From assembly GCA_044892505.1 (NCBI GenBank), contig CM097883.1:147994001-148058000 (forward strand): a DNA stretch of 64,000 nucleotides, given 5' to 3'. This document shows, one piece after another, positions 9,870 to 22,150 of the stretch. Source of the stretch: Schmidtea nova (Eukaryota). A program made the position numbers and the translations under genes. Each line of letters opens with the position of its first letter. Position 1 is the stretch's first letter. The notes beneath the pieces were generated by a model, which had not been told where the DNA came from, ran no database searches, and saw only the letters and a program-made list of their open reading frames with translations.

Positions 9870-10049
9870 AATAAAAAACCCAATCATAAATTGTAAAATA
9901 GCCCATCCAATCATATTTCAGAAATCATTTTACCCAATAAAATTATATCAAAATCATCTATATATGTGTCCAATAATTTATAAAATTTACCCATATCTGA
10001 CAATATATTATATTGCATCTAAGGAATAGATCAACCAACAATCCAACCA

Positions 10050-11663
10050 ATGAACCAATCAGCCTCAAACAATCAGTCAAGCTCAACAATATCCACATAC
10101 ACATACACATGCACCACATATAAACACCACACAGCATTTTATAAGACCATTCAAAATAGCATTCACACAGATGAGGAAGAAATTACACCAAGGAAATTCC
10201 CGAATCAGGTATGCATACCAAATGTATTAAAAGTAGATATAGAAGAAAGAGAAATGATCATCGTAAAATTCAACTCATCAAGAAGATTTAAATTAAAAGA
10301 AATCATAGGTAGTTTTGAAGAAAGTCAAAATGCAGATAGAGATGCAAGAGAAGGCATCAAAATTCCCCACAGAATAGTAATTCATACTACCAAAACAACA
10401 ATATCACTAAAACACAACGATAAAGTATTAGCGATTGCAAACAATACATCAATAATATTTAAAACCCTTAGAGAACGTAAATTGTCTACAGAATTCAACA
10501 ATATCATTATACAACTACATAATATGCCATGTGTAATTGCAATTGAAATATTATATGTACCCACAATAGAAAATCCCTTTAAAAAATTAGAACCCATTTG
10601 GTCAGACATTAGAATGGATAACATATTCGTAGAAAAGAAAATACCTTTCACGAAGCAAACACTAACACCCGAAGAAAGACAAGGAAAAATAACTTTTGTA
10701 GACATAAAATCGGTACAAGATTTTAATAAAGAGTACAGACCAGTAGATGTCTGTATTAGAAACTACAAAGGAGACACACTATTTCAAAGTAAAATTACCC
10801 CAAGAGAAAAAATACAAAGATTCTTTCCAGAAATCACAATGGCTACCAGAGAAAATAGTATAGGCAATATGGACGAATTCATAGCATTGTTAGAAATCAA
10901 GAAACACCTCTATGGAAAAATAATAGTAGGTTTCGACATTATGAAAAAACTGAAAAGTGTCACAATAGACCTGGATGATATTATGGGAGTAAGAGAACTC
11001 TCGAACACCGAATATATGAAAACATTCGTCAATAATGTCCCGGAAGACAGGATTAAATTATCAAATTTAGCATTTCAGATTATTATGAATACAAATGATC
11101 TGAAGAGAAACAAAAAACTTAATGATATATTATTAAAACCAGAACCTTTTAATGTTGGTGAAACTTGCTTAATAGTTCGCTTACTATATTTACTCACAGA
11201 AACCGAATGGGAAAAAGCTGTTGACAATGGAATGAAAACAATAACAAAGAAAACAATTAAAGAAAATTGTTCCACATCGGACGGAAATAAGAAACCAACA
11301 TTTGAAATCATAACAATAGATGAAGATAACTCTAATTTGGAAGTAGAAGGAATTGAGCCAATGGAAGAAGATGAATTAGGACCAGAACCTCAAATCACAA
11401 TAGAAGAACCCATGCCAGAAATCACTGTCACATATAATAGCAATGTAAAGAAAACAACAGTGATTGTAGATGGGAATGAAATACACATATATTATGTTGA
11501 AAAAGGTTATGAGGACATAACCTTGACGCCCCAGGGAGTAGTGTTAGATACAGGGAAGATAGTCGAAAATTTTGAGATAGATGAAAATTATACAATAGGG
11601 GCAAATAAGTACAGACTAAATGTGTATGTGGATAACAACAATCAGAACCCAGGCCAACAATGA
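10050..11663 (+). CDS. Accessory ORF of element 1 (537 aa) with a REX4/ISG20-like DEDDh exonuclease fold and degenerate catalytic residues
   Basis: Intact long ORF between pol and the 3' LTR. FVDIKSV...VCIRNYKGDTLFQSKITPREKIQRFFPEITMAT...HLYGKIIVGFDIMKKLKSV...VRELS...LSNLAFQII...FNVGETCLIVRLLY follows the REX4-type pattern. Confidence 0.65.
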   Translation: MNQSASNNQSSSTISTYTYTCTTYKHHTAFYKTIQNSIHTDEEEITPRKFPNQVCIPNVLKVDIEEREMIIVKFNSSRRFKLKEIIGSFEESQNADRDAREGIKIPHRIVIHTTKTTISLKHNDKVLAIANNTSIIFKTLRERKLSTEFNNIIIQLHNMPCVIAIEILYVPTIENPFKKLEPIWSDIRMDNIFVEKKIPFTKQTLTPEERQGKITFVDIKSVQDFNKEYRPVDVCIRNYKGDTLFQSKITPREKIQRFFPEITMATRENSIGNMDEFIALLEIKKHLYGKIIVGFDIMKKLKSVTIDLDDIMGVRELSNTEYMKTFVNNVPEDRIKLSNLAFQIIMNTNDLKRNKKLNDILLKPEPFNVGETCLIVRLLYLLTETEWEKAVDNGMKTITKKTIKENCSTSDGNKKPTFEIITIDEDNSNLEVEGIEPMEEDELGPEPQITIEEPMPEITVTYNSNVKKTTVIVDGNEIHIYYVEKGYEDITLTPQGVVLDTGKIVENFEIDENYTIGANKYRLNVYVDNNNQNPGQQ

Positions 11664-12741
11664 TAATAATTTGACTTGATGAACTACATTTGATTGTGAT
11701 AACATTTTCTTTTATTTTATTGGTTTTGATAATTGATGATATGAATAATTGATTTTATTTGTTGATGTATTTTTTTAAAATAGATAGACAATGGAAAATA
11801 TCAAATTCAATGACATTATGATTTTAGTGATTTTATATGATAATATTTTATGTGATGACTATCTGGCAATTTTTATTTTTATGGGATAATTTTATTTTGT
11901 TTCTGTTAATAAAATATTGTTGAAAATTAATTTTTGTAATGACAATTTATCATCATGACAATTTATAATTTGACAATTTATCATTTGTGATATTGCGAAC
12001 ATTTATTGACATTTTTATGGTGATGGACATAATTTTATATAATTTTGAAAAAATATTTTGTGTTGAAAATATTTTATGTAAATTAATTTTTTAACTATTT
12101 GGAAAATGGATTATATTTTCATTTATATTTTAATATTTTAATTCAATAAATAATAATAATAATAAAATAAATAAATAAATAATACAGGTTGTTTAAATAA
12201 ATTAAAAATAAATAAATTACTGTTTGTTTAAATAAATTATATTTCTGACCTACAAGGTCAGAAAAATGAAATAATATCTCAAGGTTAAAAAATAATTTTG
12301 AAAACAATTCTGTTTTGAAAACAACTCTATTTTCAAAAACAATTTCAATCAACTCAAGAGGCAAAATAACAATCATTATTGACAGATTAAGTGCCTTAAA
12401 ATTTAGTATATAAACTGACTGATTTTTCAGTTAAATCACCCAAAAATCAAAAGCTTTAAAGAAGAGTTGTAAATTCAATAAATTGATATTACAACATAAT
12501 TTGAGCATACCTATTTACACATCCGAGCTCAGGAAGCTGCAAATATTCACACACACACACACACGCATCTATACATATATAAAATATAAGTTGGAATTGA
12601 TACATATATTTTGTGAGGTAATTGTTTAATTTTTATCAAAATTGTAAATTGTTATAATTTAAATAAAGTTTAGAAAAGAACCAGTCTTTGACTTATTTAT
12701 TTATATAAGTTCATCAAGTTGAGATTCTTGGAACCTCAACA
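11542..12741 (+). repeat. 3' LTR of element 1 (start inferred)
   Basis: 12009-12741 matches the 5' LTR. The start is inferred from purine run AGGGAGTAG (11533-11541) followed by TGTT, which complements the AACA end; it cannot be confirmed because the 5' LTR start lies outside the window. Confidence 0.75.
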
Positions 12742-13429
12742 TCTGTATTAAATTAAAATATAGATATTTATAAAAGTTTTGTTTAAAAGAAGAGAATAAG
12801 AGAACGAATTAAAATTTAAAACGCAGAAAAGTTATAACAGAGAAGAATTTCAACATTTCAACAAGAAGAATTTCAACATTTCAACAAGCAGAATTTTAAC
12901 ATTTTGACAACAAGCAAAATTTTAACCAGCGAAAGAAGATCTCTTTTAAATAAATGTTTATTGCATATTTCATCTTATTAACTTTTGTTTTAGGGGTATG
13001 GGCAATGAAAGTTGCAACTCCGATAATATGCAATGGTAGAATTATTATGAGAAATAAAGTGGAGGAAGAACTTAAAAATTTTAATAAATTGATTGATTTC
13101 TATCAAAAATATTTAAATTGAAAAAAAAACAATTGATGAATGAGTTAAAGCTGTCGTATAAACAATTTGAAGATATTTAGATCAAACCGACTGCTGTTAT
13201 AAATACATTAGAAGTATTTAATTCAATTTGTATAAAAATATTCGTATTCTCACAATATTTGCGAATTTGCCAGTATCAGCTTATAAGAATTATTATTAGT
13301 ATTCTCTCAAAAAAATATTTTTAAACGCATTATTATCATTGTTAAACAATGATTTATTAGAAGTTTTTTCAAGTCAGCAATATATATTATAAATTTGATT
13401 ATTGTATTTATAAAGCGCTACTGTCTGTA

Positions 13430-13762
13430 AATCCAGGTGAAAAAAGCCAAAAAAAATTTAGATAATGTCACAATTATAAATTCATTATAAACCATAAAAA
13501 AGTATATAAAAATGTTAAATAATATTTCAAATGAAAATTTAAATTAAGTTGATGAGAAGAAATTAATGAGATGAAATTAAGTTGTGAGAAGAATTCATCA
13601 AGGAAATGTCCGGCACATTTTATGGGTTTGCTTAACTTATATATTCATTAAATGAATTTATAATTGTGACATTATCTAAATTGTTTTTGGCTTTTTTTCT
13701 ATGGCTTTTTTTCCATGGCTTTTTTTCATGGCTTTTTTTCCGATGCTTTTTTCACCTGGATT
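13430..13762. mobile_element. Foldback/MITE-like element
   Basis: Long inverted arms: AATCCAGGTGAAAAAAGC / GCTTTTTTCACCTGGATT and TTTAGATAATGTCACAATTATAAATTCATT / AATGAATTTATAATTGTGACATTATCTAAA. The right arm has tandem ATGGCTTTTTTTC units. Confidence 0.75.
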
Positions 13763-14825
13763 CATACGGGTTGGGGGGGACTTTTCGACTTATGTGAAAA
13801 GTTGGAACTTTCATGATGAAAAACAAGTACTATTTTCGGAATTCGGTAAATACAAAATGGTAGCTTTATTTTTATTAGATAAAACAAAAGAAAATTCTAC
13901 TTCTAAATAACCAATTCCATGGTTGATATGAGATTATTGCCGCTGCCTGTAATTATATCAAAGCATTTCAGGTGAAAATTTATTTGATTAACATCTTTAG
14001 AAATAATAATGTCCAACACTTTATTCTGCACAAAGGTTTGGTAATATATGGTCCTAGTAATTTTTATAAATATCCCAATGAACTTCAGAAACTCAAAGGA
14101 ACATTTAATATCAGTTTATGGAAATTATGAAATAAAAGCTGTTAGAAATATTCTGCACCTGCCATTTTACGTGAATTGCTATTTTGAAAACTATCTAAAA
14201 TTGAGGCCTTTGTTAAAATTCTAAATTTAAAAGAAATCATTAAGTATAAAGTATAAAGTATTCTCTAAAAAAGAAAACAATATATTATGGAACATCTACT
14301 AAAAGAAATTGGCGGACTTTGTATTTCTGTTCTTATAGAGAACCCACAAGAGAATGCGCCAGCTCTTTGTTAAACTATCCACAGTACCGATGTTTTATAT
14401 TCATAAAATTATTCAACGTTTGTAAAATAAAAGTTTAAATAATTATTAAATAAAATATATAATTACCGAGTAGGGTTATTATTGATAAAATAATTTCTGG
14501 CATGAGATTCTATTCAAGATTTTTATGTGGTAAAATTTATAATGCTAATTTCACTCCCATAAGTTACAGTAGCGGATGTTTGCTGTCTATTAATTTGGAG
14601 GCAGTTTATGCTATCAATTCTGTAATAGATATAACTCGGGAATGTAATAGTCTACAAATTTCCTTCAATTTGATAACCAAATACTTCAGTAAAAATTTAT
14701 GAAGTAATTTCTGAATGGCTACAATGGACACTTCTTACCCTTCTTATTAGTTCATAAATACATAAGTGTTCTCTATAAACCATCGTAGGGGATTTTCTAT
14801 CATTTTGGATTTGTTATAGGAAACC

Positions 14826-15758
14826 CAGAGGCGTAACTAGGGTATGGCAGGTATGGCACGTGCCATGGGCGCCAACTGAAAGGGGGGCGCGAAAAAGCGC
14901 CTAACGTATAAATACGCAAATGAAAATAAAAAAATATTTTTATAGATATAAATATGTGTATTAAATCGCAGTTGCTATTGCCAGTTGCGAAAGATCATTT
15001 AGCAAATTAAAATTGATACTTTCATATTTGAGAGCCTCAATGAGCCAAAGTCGATTATATGATCTTGCTTTACTTAGCATAGAACGAGAAATGACCGAAG
15101 AAATTGACTTTGATAATATAATTAAACAATTTGCGTCAGCTAAAGCAAGAAAGATAAATTTGTAATAAAGTGTTAATAGATTTAACGCTGGATCGACAAT
15201 ACCGCCGCCCCCATACAAAAGTAACCATTATTAAACGTAAGTATTATGTATTAATTTTAGACAAAAATTTAAATAGTTATATTATAGAAAATTAAAAATA
15301 TAGAAAATTAAAAATATTCACAGTCCTAATGGTAGAAATTATATATGATATATATCAATTCCACGACAACAACTTTCTCTGATTTAGTCAATTTGTTCTA
15401 AATGACATATGTTTATATTATTTTTCAAACAAATAAATTAAAATCGAAGTAATCAGCATTCCTACAAAATGTATAAAACATTTTTTTAAAATTTATTTTG
15501 GTTTCCGGCGCTTATGTCGGTGGCGGTATTGTCGCAGCGGCATTGTCCACGTTTAACCGTGGCATTTATATCAGCGGCGGTAATGTCGCGGCTGTATTGT
15601 CACCGGCGGTAAAGTCGGGGCGCCGATTTTACTTGTGTGCTTTTTTTACCCAATTCTAAAGTAGTGTTTTTGAAAATAAAACGTAAGTAACTTATTGTCG
15701 GGGAGGGGTGCAAGATCTGTGTTTGCCATAGGCGCCATTTACCCTAGGTACGCCACTA
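14826..15758 (+). mobile_element. Internally deleted hAT element retaining the C-terminal dimerisation domain (14965-15165), with a nested inverted-repeat insert (~15194-15620)
   Basis: TIRs CAGAGGCGTAACTAGGG / CCCTAGGTACGCCACTA; 8-bp TSD AGGAAACC/AAGAAACC; + strand reads ASCERSFSKLKLILSYLRASMSQSRLYDLALLSIE...KARK. Confidence 0.88.
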
Positions 15759-16722
15759 AAGAAACCCGTTCGATTTCAAGTCTCAATGCCCTTTAATCCG
15801 GCAGATGGTACTTTTATTCCTGTGACTGCCAACCCGAATTTTTGTTTTCTTCCTTTAAGATTATCGATGGGCTAATTCAATATTAAATAATTATTTAATT
15901 TGTTTGTATTTTAACATCTAAACCTCCAAGGAACCCCCTTCATTTGATATTTTCAATTGCTACCTGTTTCCAGATTTTTGCCTAAAATATGTTGATTTCT
16001 AGCTTGCAACTCAATTATTAAATATTTAACTACTTCTTTCAAAATTCTTATGTAACCCTAACATTTTAGTACAATAGACCTGATAAATACTTATTATAAA
16101 ATTAAATAAAAAGAGCAATCGAAAATAAAAGCAACATTCTACACCAGTAATTTTAATAAAATTATAATTAGATTATAAGTGACCCTAGTAACTTTTCAAA
16201 AGTTTATGAATATGGTACTAGTGGAAGTCAACTGAANNNNNNNNNNNNNNNNNNNNNNNNNNNNNNNNNNNNNNNNNNNNNNNNNNNNNNNNNNNNNNNN
16301 NNNNNNNNNNNNNNNNNNNNNNNNNNNNNNNNNNNNNNNNNNNNNNNNNNNNNNNNNNNNNNNNNNNNNNNNNATAGCAAAAAATGAAAGTCTTAATTTC
16401 AACTCTGGCACCAATTCAATCTGTGCAAAGTATATAAATAATGAATTGAGGGTCGAGCAAAAAATATTCACGATTGAACAATATTTAGAGGTGGCCGTCG
16501 AGTGTTTAAGTTTTGTAAGTACCACTATTTCGGGCTTGCAATTTTAAATTACCGCAGTTTTCTTGCGTGTTTAATTCACATTTATTTCACACACAAAAGC
16601 ATGTACAAGTTCAGTTTACTATATAGGCCTAGATCACTGATTCAGAAATAACTCCAACTGCACATGTTAAGAATTATGTCTCTGCCAGACTGCCAACTTT
16701 TCAATGTTCATCCGTATTATGG

Positions 16723-18300
16723 TTATTTTGCAGTGTCCAATTGTTCACTAGGATTCGCTAGGATTCGTTTGGTACAGTCAGGGAACTGTCGCCTGTGTTC
16801 ATTCACAATTTGAAGAAGAAACTGGAGTTGATCTTCATTCTTGGTCAATTTCTTATTATAATCTTGAATGAGAGCTACTCCACTCTCGACTCTGTCGTTG
16901 ACAACCGCCAAGCTCTTGACAATGCCCAGTGCTCGTGTGTACGACTCACCTGGTTCCCAGTCTGATGGATCCTTGTCGAGCAGTGATTTGGGTAGATCAA
17001 GCAACTGGGACAGTTTCTTGGAGTTTGATGTACAAAACTGCTCCAAACCGAGTTTTCCCAGGAATACATCAGACTTTATGCTGAGTCGCTTCGATGGATG
17101 ATCTGGAGCTTCGTCTTCCATCGCGGCAATTATTAGTCTCTTTGAGTCATGCGATATTCTGGAGTCAAACAGGGCCAGACCAATGAGCTCCTCACAGATA
17201 CCACAAATGTAGACCAAGCTTCTTGCTGTTGCAGCAGAAATAGCCGCATGCGGATAGTTCATAAGTTGTCCCATAAGCTTGAAGTTATTCAGAGGTGCTT
17301 CTACAACCAAAGGTTCAGTCATCCAGGCTTTGAGGTGGATGATAACGGAAAAGATGGCGACATCACAAATACCATGCTTTTCTGAAGCAGTCATCTTGAA
17401 CTGACTGCGATAAAGCTAAGAAATATGACTGAAAGCTCAAGGAATTCTCTGTAGTCATCTCTTGGCTGTTCAGCTTGCAAATATGTTGTGGCAAAACTCA
17501 GGATATCAGAACGATATGGGGCAACTAGTAACTCAACAGATGGGTCTGATGAAGCAACCTGAAAGCCGTCACGGTCTATGAATGACCATTGATCATGAAA
17601 CCGTTTGAATAATAGAATGTCTAGCCCTGTTGAAATGCCAACTCAAGTATTATCAAAGAAGATCTTTGTTTAGTTTGTGCTCGATCAGACAACAAGCTCC
17701 TGAACGATGACCAGTATTAAATGCTGCCGTATCAAAACAAAGAGCAGCGATCTGATCTTCGACACCCCACTCTTCCAAACATTGAACAACTGCAGATGCT
17801 TGGGCTTCACCTGTCCCAGTTGACAGCTTTGGGACACAAAGTAACTGTTCGACTCCAAAACCTGAGATAAGGACTGGAAGACGATCTACATGCTCATGTG
17901 TCGATAAATCTTCCATTATCTTTCCGTCCCAGTGAACCGTTAAAGTGCAGTTGATGAAAACTCTGATCGCAAACCGGTAGGTCTGGCAGCCTGGTGACTT
18001 GCTCTAGCCCGATGTATTGAACTTCGGTTGATGTTTTAAGTGTTCACATAATGACCAAGGCTGGAAGCTACTTCATTTAGAACGAATGTAGCATTGATGT
18101 CCCAGATCGATGCCCGTCTGCTACCCCAACTTGATTTCCCAGAACGATTCCCCTTACCGATGTCCCCGTTTGATGTCCCAAACCCATATTCTAGACCAAT
18201 TTCCAATGTTCCTGAACACCCCCGTGTATGCTGTGCTGAACTCATGATCCCATATCGGATCTGAGCTAGAGAATGAGAAAAAATTGTAAAACAAATCGTT
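16723..18300 (-). pseudogene. Disrupted DDE (hAT-like) transposase
   Basis: Fragments EQLLCVPKLSTGTGEAQA...LCFDTAAFNTG...GAC and VVNDRVESGVALIQDYN...LLQIVNEHR, broken by frameshifts and stops; markedly GC-richer than the flanks. Confidence 0.7.
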
Positions 18301-19615
18301 GATAGTTGTGCTCATATTACAGCCGGGCTCAATCCGAATGGATTATCCCGATCTCTTCGGAGTAGGAGTTTTTTTAATAAATTTTGAGGCCTACTGAAAA
18401 GGTAGGTCGAAAAAATTGTTTTTAAAAGAATTGTTTAACTTAGGACTGAATTCAATTTGTTGACGACTTTGAAAATGTATGCAGTGTGTCCATCAAACTG
18501 TCACTTTGAACGTTATTTTCAATGTGCATGTTATACATATACAAGATGCGTGGGTTTAATGTTTTTTGTTATTGCAAGATGTACATATTTAAAAAGTCAT
18601 AATTTCCTACAGTGATTATTATGAGATCAAAATAAAAACCTTAACAGTTATCCTTTTAAATTACCTGAAAGCCATTTTAAAATGGCTAATACAAATTTTT
18701 TTTAAATGATTAATAATAACATTGGATGCGTCACACTCACGTGCACTATAGGCGAGACACTTCAGTGAAGCACGGTGTATACAGAAAGGGACCAAAAACC
18801 ATAACTAACAATCATATCTTACCTAAAAACTTGAAAATATATTTCGTTTTAAGTTATTGCTTAACCGAAAGTCGACATCAAAATTCACATTGCAATACTA
18901 CATGGAAAATATATAATCATTCATCAAAAATTAATCCAATCCCATTTGACAATCAGAATGTTTATTATTATCAACGTTTGTAATCAAGATGACAAATCAG
19001 CAATTACTCATAGAAGATTTCCTAAATAGCAATACCAAAGCAACAAGAATTTAATTGTCAAAAAGCAACCATTCTCAAAATATTTTAGAAAATTATTGAT
19101 CGCAGGATTGTATCGAATTGTGTGTATCTCAAATAATTATGAGTCATATGGAAACAAGCTGAAATCCAATCACAAAACTTTCTACGTAATCGTACACACA
19201 TACTCAATATTGATTAGGGATCTTGTTTATTTTATGTAATTGAACGATAAAAATTTATCATAAAACCAACTCATCTTTTAAACAGAAGTTTCTTGTTTAT
19301 GGTTAAATATTGATTCATGTCCAATGTAAACAAATATATTGTAATGTATTATTTACAAAATTGATTTTTTATTTAAAATTAAAATCTATTTAAGTAATTT
19401 GATATGGATTAAAACTATGACGCCAAAATTCTACTATTATGCAATTTATCCTTATCCCTTATGGTAATTATACACACATATTTTTTCTTATCAATAATGT
19501 AGAGAAAATTTACCTTTTACATATTTAAGCAATTTGATTGGCTGAATTGTTTATAAGTCATGTTATTTATCGTTAAGTAATTTAAACTTCACACATTTTT
19601 AATATTTTGTATCAT

Positions 19616-19945
19616 ATGTCAGATTCTGTCATTAGTAAATCAGTCAGTGAATTTGCCGCTGAAGTAAATTCTAATAATGAAGAAAAATCAGTGCCTCCTC
19701 CGTGGATGAAAGAAGTAGCACAGAGACGTCGTTCAAAAGAATCCATTCTCGATGTTCAAAAGAAATGGGATGAGCACATTAGAACCGGTGGTGATGGTTC
19801 TGCTCCCTGGATTCAGGAAATTGCCAGAAAGAAAAAAGAGGAATTAGAAAAACAAAGAGAAGAAATCGAAACTCCACCGTGGATAAAAGAATTAAAGAGA
19901 AAAAAATCTGTGCTAGCTGACAAAATTCAGAAAGTAGATGAGTGA
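19616..19945 (+). CDS. Small single-exon ORF (~109 aa) with three (P)PW-x2-E-basic repeats; function unknown
   Basis: ATG at 19616; PPWMKEVAQRRR, APWIQEIARKKK and PPWIKELKRKK; AATAAA just after the stop; open frame within AT-rich flanks. Confidence 0.55.
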   Translation: MSDSVISKSVSEFAAEVNSNNEEKSVPPPWMKEVAQRRRSKESILDVQKKWDEHIRTGGDGSAPWIQEIARKKKEELEKQREEIETPPWIKELKRKKSVLADKIQKVDE

Positions 19946-22150
19946 CAATAATAAAAAAGCAATAATTTTGTTTGGGATTTATTTTTTCTATTTTCGATTG
20001 ATATCTTGATTCGACATCACATTTGATAAAAAAAAGATTTTTAGTTGATTTGACATTTTGTTGCAATGGTCCACGATTACGTAGGTAATTAATATTGAAA
20101 TATTTTTAATGAAATTATTGTACTTATACCAATTTTTGTACTTAATAGTTGTAAATTTATTAATTAAAATTATTTTTTAATAAAATATTATTTTATCAAT
20201 TGTCTTTTGTTTTTTAAATATATTTTGCTACAAAATCTGCCAATGGATATGTATGATTTAAATTTGATACCATTAAGTAAAGTTGAATTCATCTTTTTAA
20301 ATTAAATTAAACAAAGTTAAATAAAATATTAAAATTTATGTTAAAGAATGGTGCAAATATTATGCAGTTTTCGTTGTCCGTGCAAATATCGAAATTAATT
20401 ATTTACACTTTGTACAAGCAATTTTAATCAAGACTGAATTAACTTTTTTTGTTAGTGTGAATCTCAATTTTTCCAGATATTTTGCATAGTTTTGCAACTT
20501 TTTAAATTTCTCAGTTTTCATTTATTTTCTTATATTTATTATATTGTTGAGTTTATTATTAAGTCGGCACAAATCTCTGACTTCTCGCGCTCCTTTTACA
20601 ATAAAAGTCACCCAACTCAATAACATTTATTAAATTTCAATACACAATTACAATGTCGTAAACAATTATTGATAATCTGCACTACTGAGCGACTGGAGTA
20701 GGTCTTCCAATGGGAGATCCCCCTTTCTGGTACGCAATAATTGATTTGAAGTAAAACTATCTAACCTTGTGAATAACTCGTAAAACTATTTTCGACCACC
20801 TGACAATTTCTCGTATATTCCCTGAGTTTACAGAGTAACTATTGATTGGGCACTAATTGAATTTCATTTCGTCAATCCTGAATCTTTGGGATTTTTCTTA
20901 AATTATTTTATTTACCCCTCTGGTTCTGCTTTTCGCTCGGGTTTCTTGATAATCAATTTGTCTGGAGTAATTACGTTAGTTCTTGTTTACTCGGTTTTCT
21001 TTATCTCTGCGTTTCCCTACATGAATTTTTCTAAGATAATAAAATTTATTTTTTGACAACTCGTGTTTCTCATTAGCTTGGGTTTTCTTTAAGGTAATTA
21101 ATTTTTTTTCATAATATTTCTTTTTGGGGACTCCCTTTTGATTTTATATCATCATATTTGAATTTGTCTCATTATTTGACATCCGCCTATATCAGCCCAC
21201 CGCAAAATCTTTATTTTTATTTTTCAAAATTTTAATTGATTTCTGTACTTTAATTAATTACTTTAAATTTTTCATGTTTTTTTATTTGCATATGGTTTTT
21301 GTGCTCTTTATTTTATCTTAAGATTAATTTCAATTAGGGTTGTCAAGTGGTCAACACAAAAAAAGAGAACATTTTAAAAAAAAAATTTTTAAAATCAAAT
21401 TTTATACATAAAGATATTAAGGAACATAAAATTGCACTTATAATTCAAATTTGTGCTTTAAAAATATAAATTAAATTTAATTTAATCATCTTCATCATCA
21501 TTTTGATCACTTTTTTCAATGTATTTATCTACATTACTAACTTTGTTCAAAAAAATTTCATTTTCTTTTATTTCTTTATAAAATTCCAAACATGAAATAT
21601 TTTTATAATTATAAACTACGCTCAAAATACCTCGGACAGTGGAAATTTTTAGCTTATTTCTTTCTTTAGTCCACTGGCCGCTAATCATGGAAAATATTCT
21701 TTCAACATTAGCATTTTGACCAGGTATTGCGAAAAAAAATTGACATATTTTTAAGAGTTCTGAATAGGCTTGTCAACAGGTCTCTTTTAAAGAGAACATG
21801 TTCTCTTTTTTAGCACATTTTATTTGTCCTCTATCTTTTTCTATAAATATTCAAATTGTTCTCTTTTTTCAATTTCGCTGATTTTTAATTAATTTAAGTT
21901 GAAATTTAAAAAGAAACTCGGTATAAAAATTCAAAAATTTGAAAAAAAGCAGGCTATGCTATTGCTGTCCTGTCAATATTTATTGAATTTAAAATTAAAG
22001 ATGAAATAATTTGTGTGTATTAACGATTTTGATAAGAAATCATTATTATTATAATTTGTTGTGTTAAATAAATAAAATAAGCAAGTGAAAAGTAATTATT
22101 AATATTATATTTTTTTGTGTTAAATAAACAAGTAAGTATGTAATTTATTA

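Larger units (their letters stand above)
1..12741 (+). mobile_element. Env-bearing Ty3/Gypsy LTR retrotransposon (element 1); 5' LTR truncated by window start
   Basis: 1-731 matches 12009-12741 as a direct repeat, with a PBS after the first copy. Pol order is PR-RT-RH-IN with a GPY/F motif. Confidence 0.97.

Noticed and set aside
10100-10560. Possible galectin-like or other beta-sandwich domain at the N-terminus of the accessory ORF
   Set aside because: Only a vague alternating hydrophobic pattern with no diagnostic residues; cannot be supported without a profile search.
14961-15218. 85-aa minus-strand ORF
   Set aside because: It is an antisense shadow; the meaningful frame is the hAT dimerisation domain on the + strand.
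16237-16373. N runs (also 38670-38798)
   Set aside because: Scaffold gaps; ORFs crossing them (16196-16525) are meaningless.
20700-21300. Possible minus-strand gag-like remnant
   Set aside because: Too many stops and no diagnostic motif to support a call.
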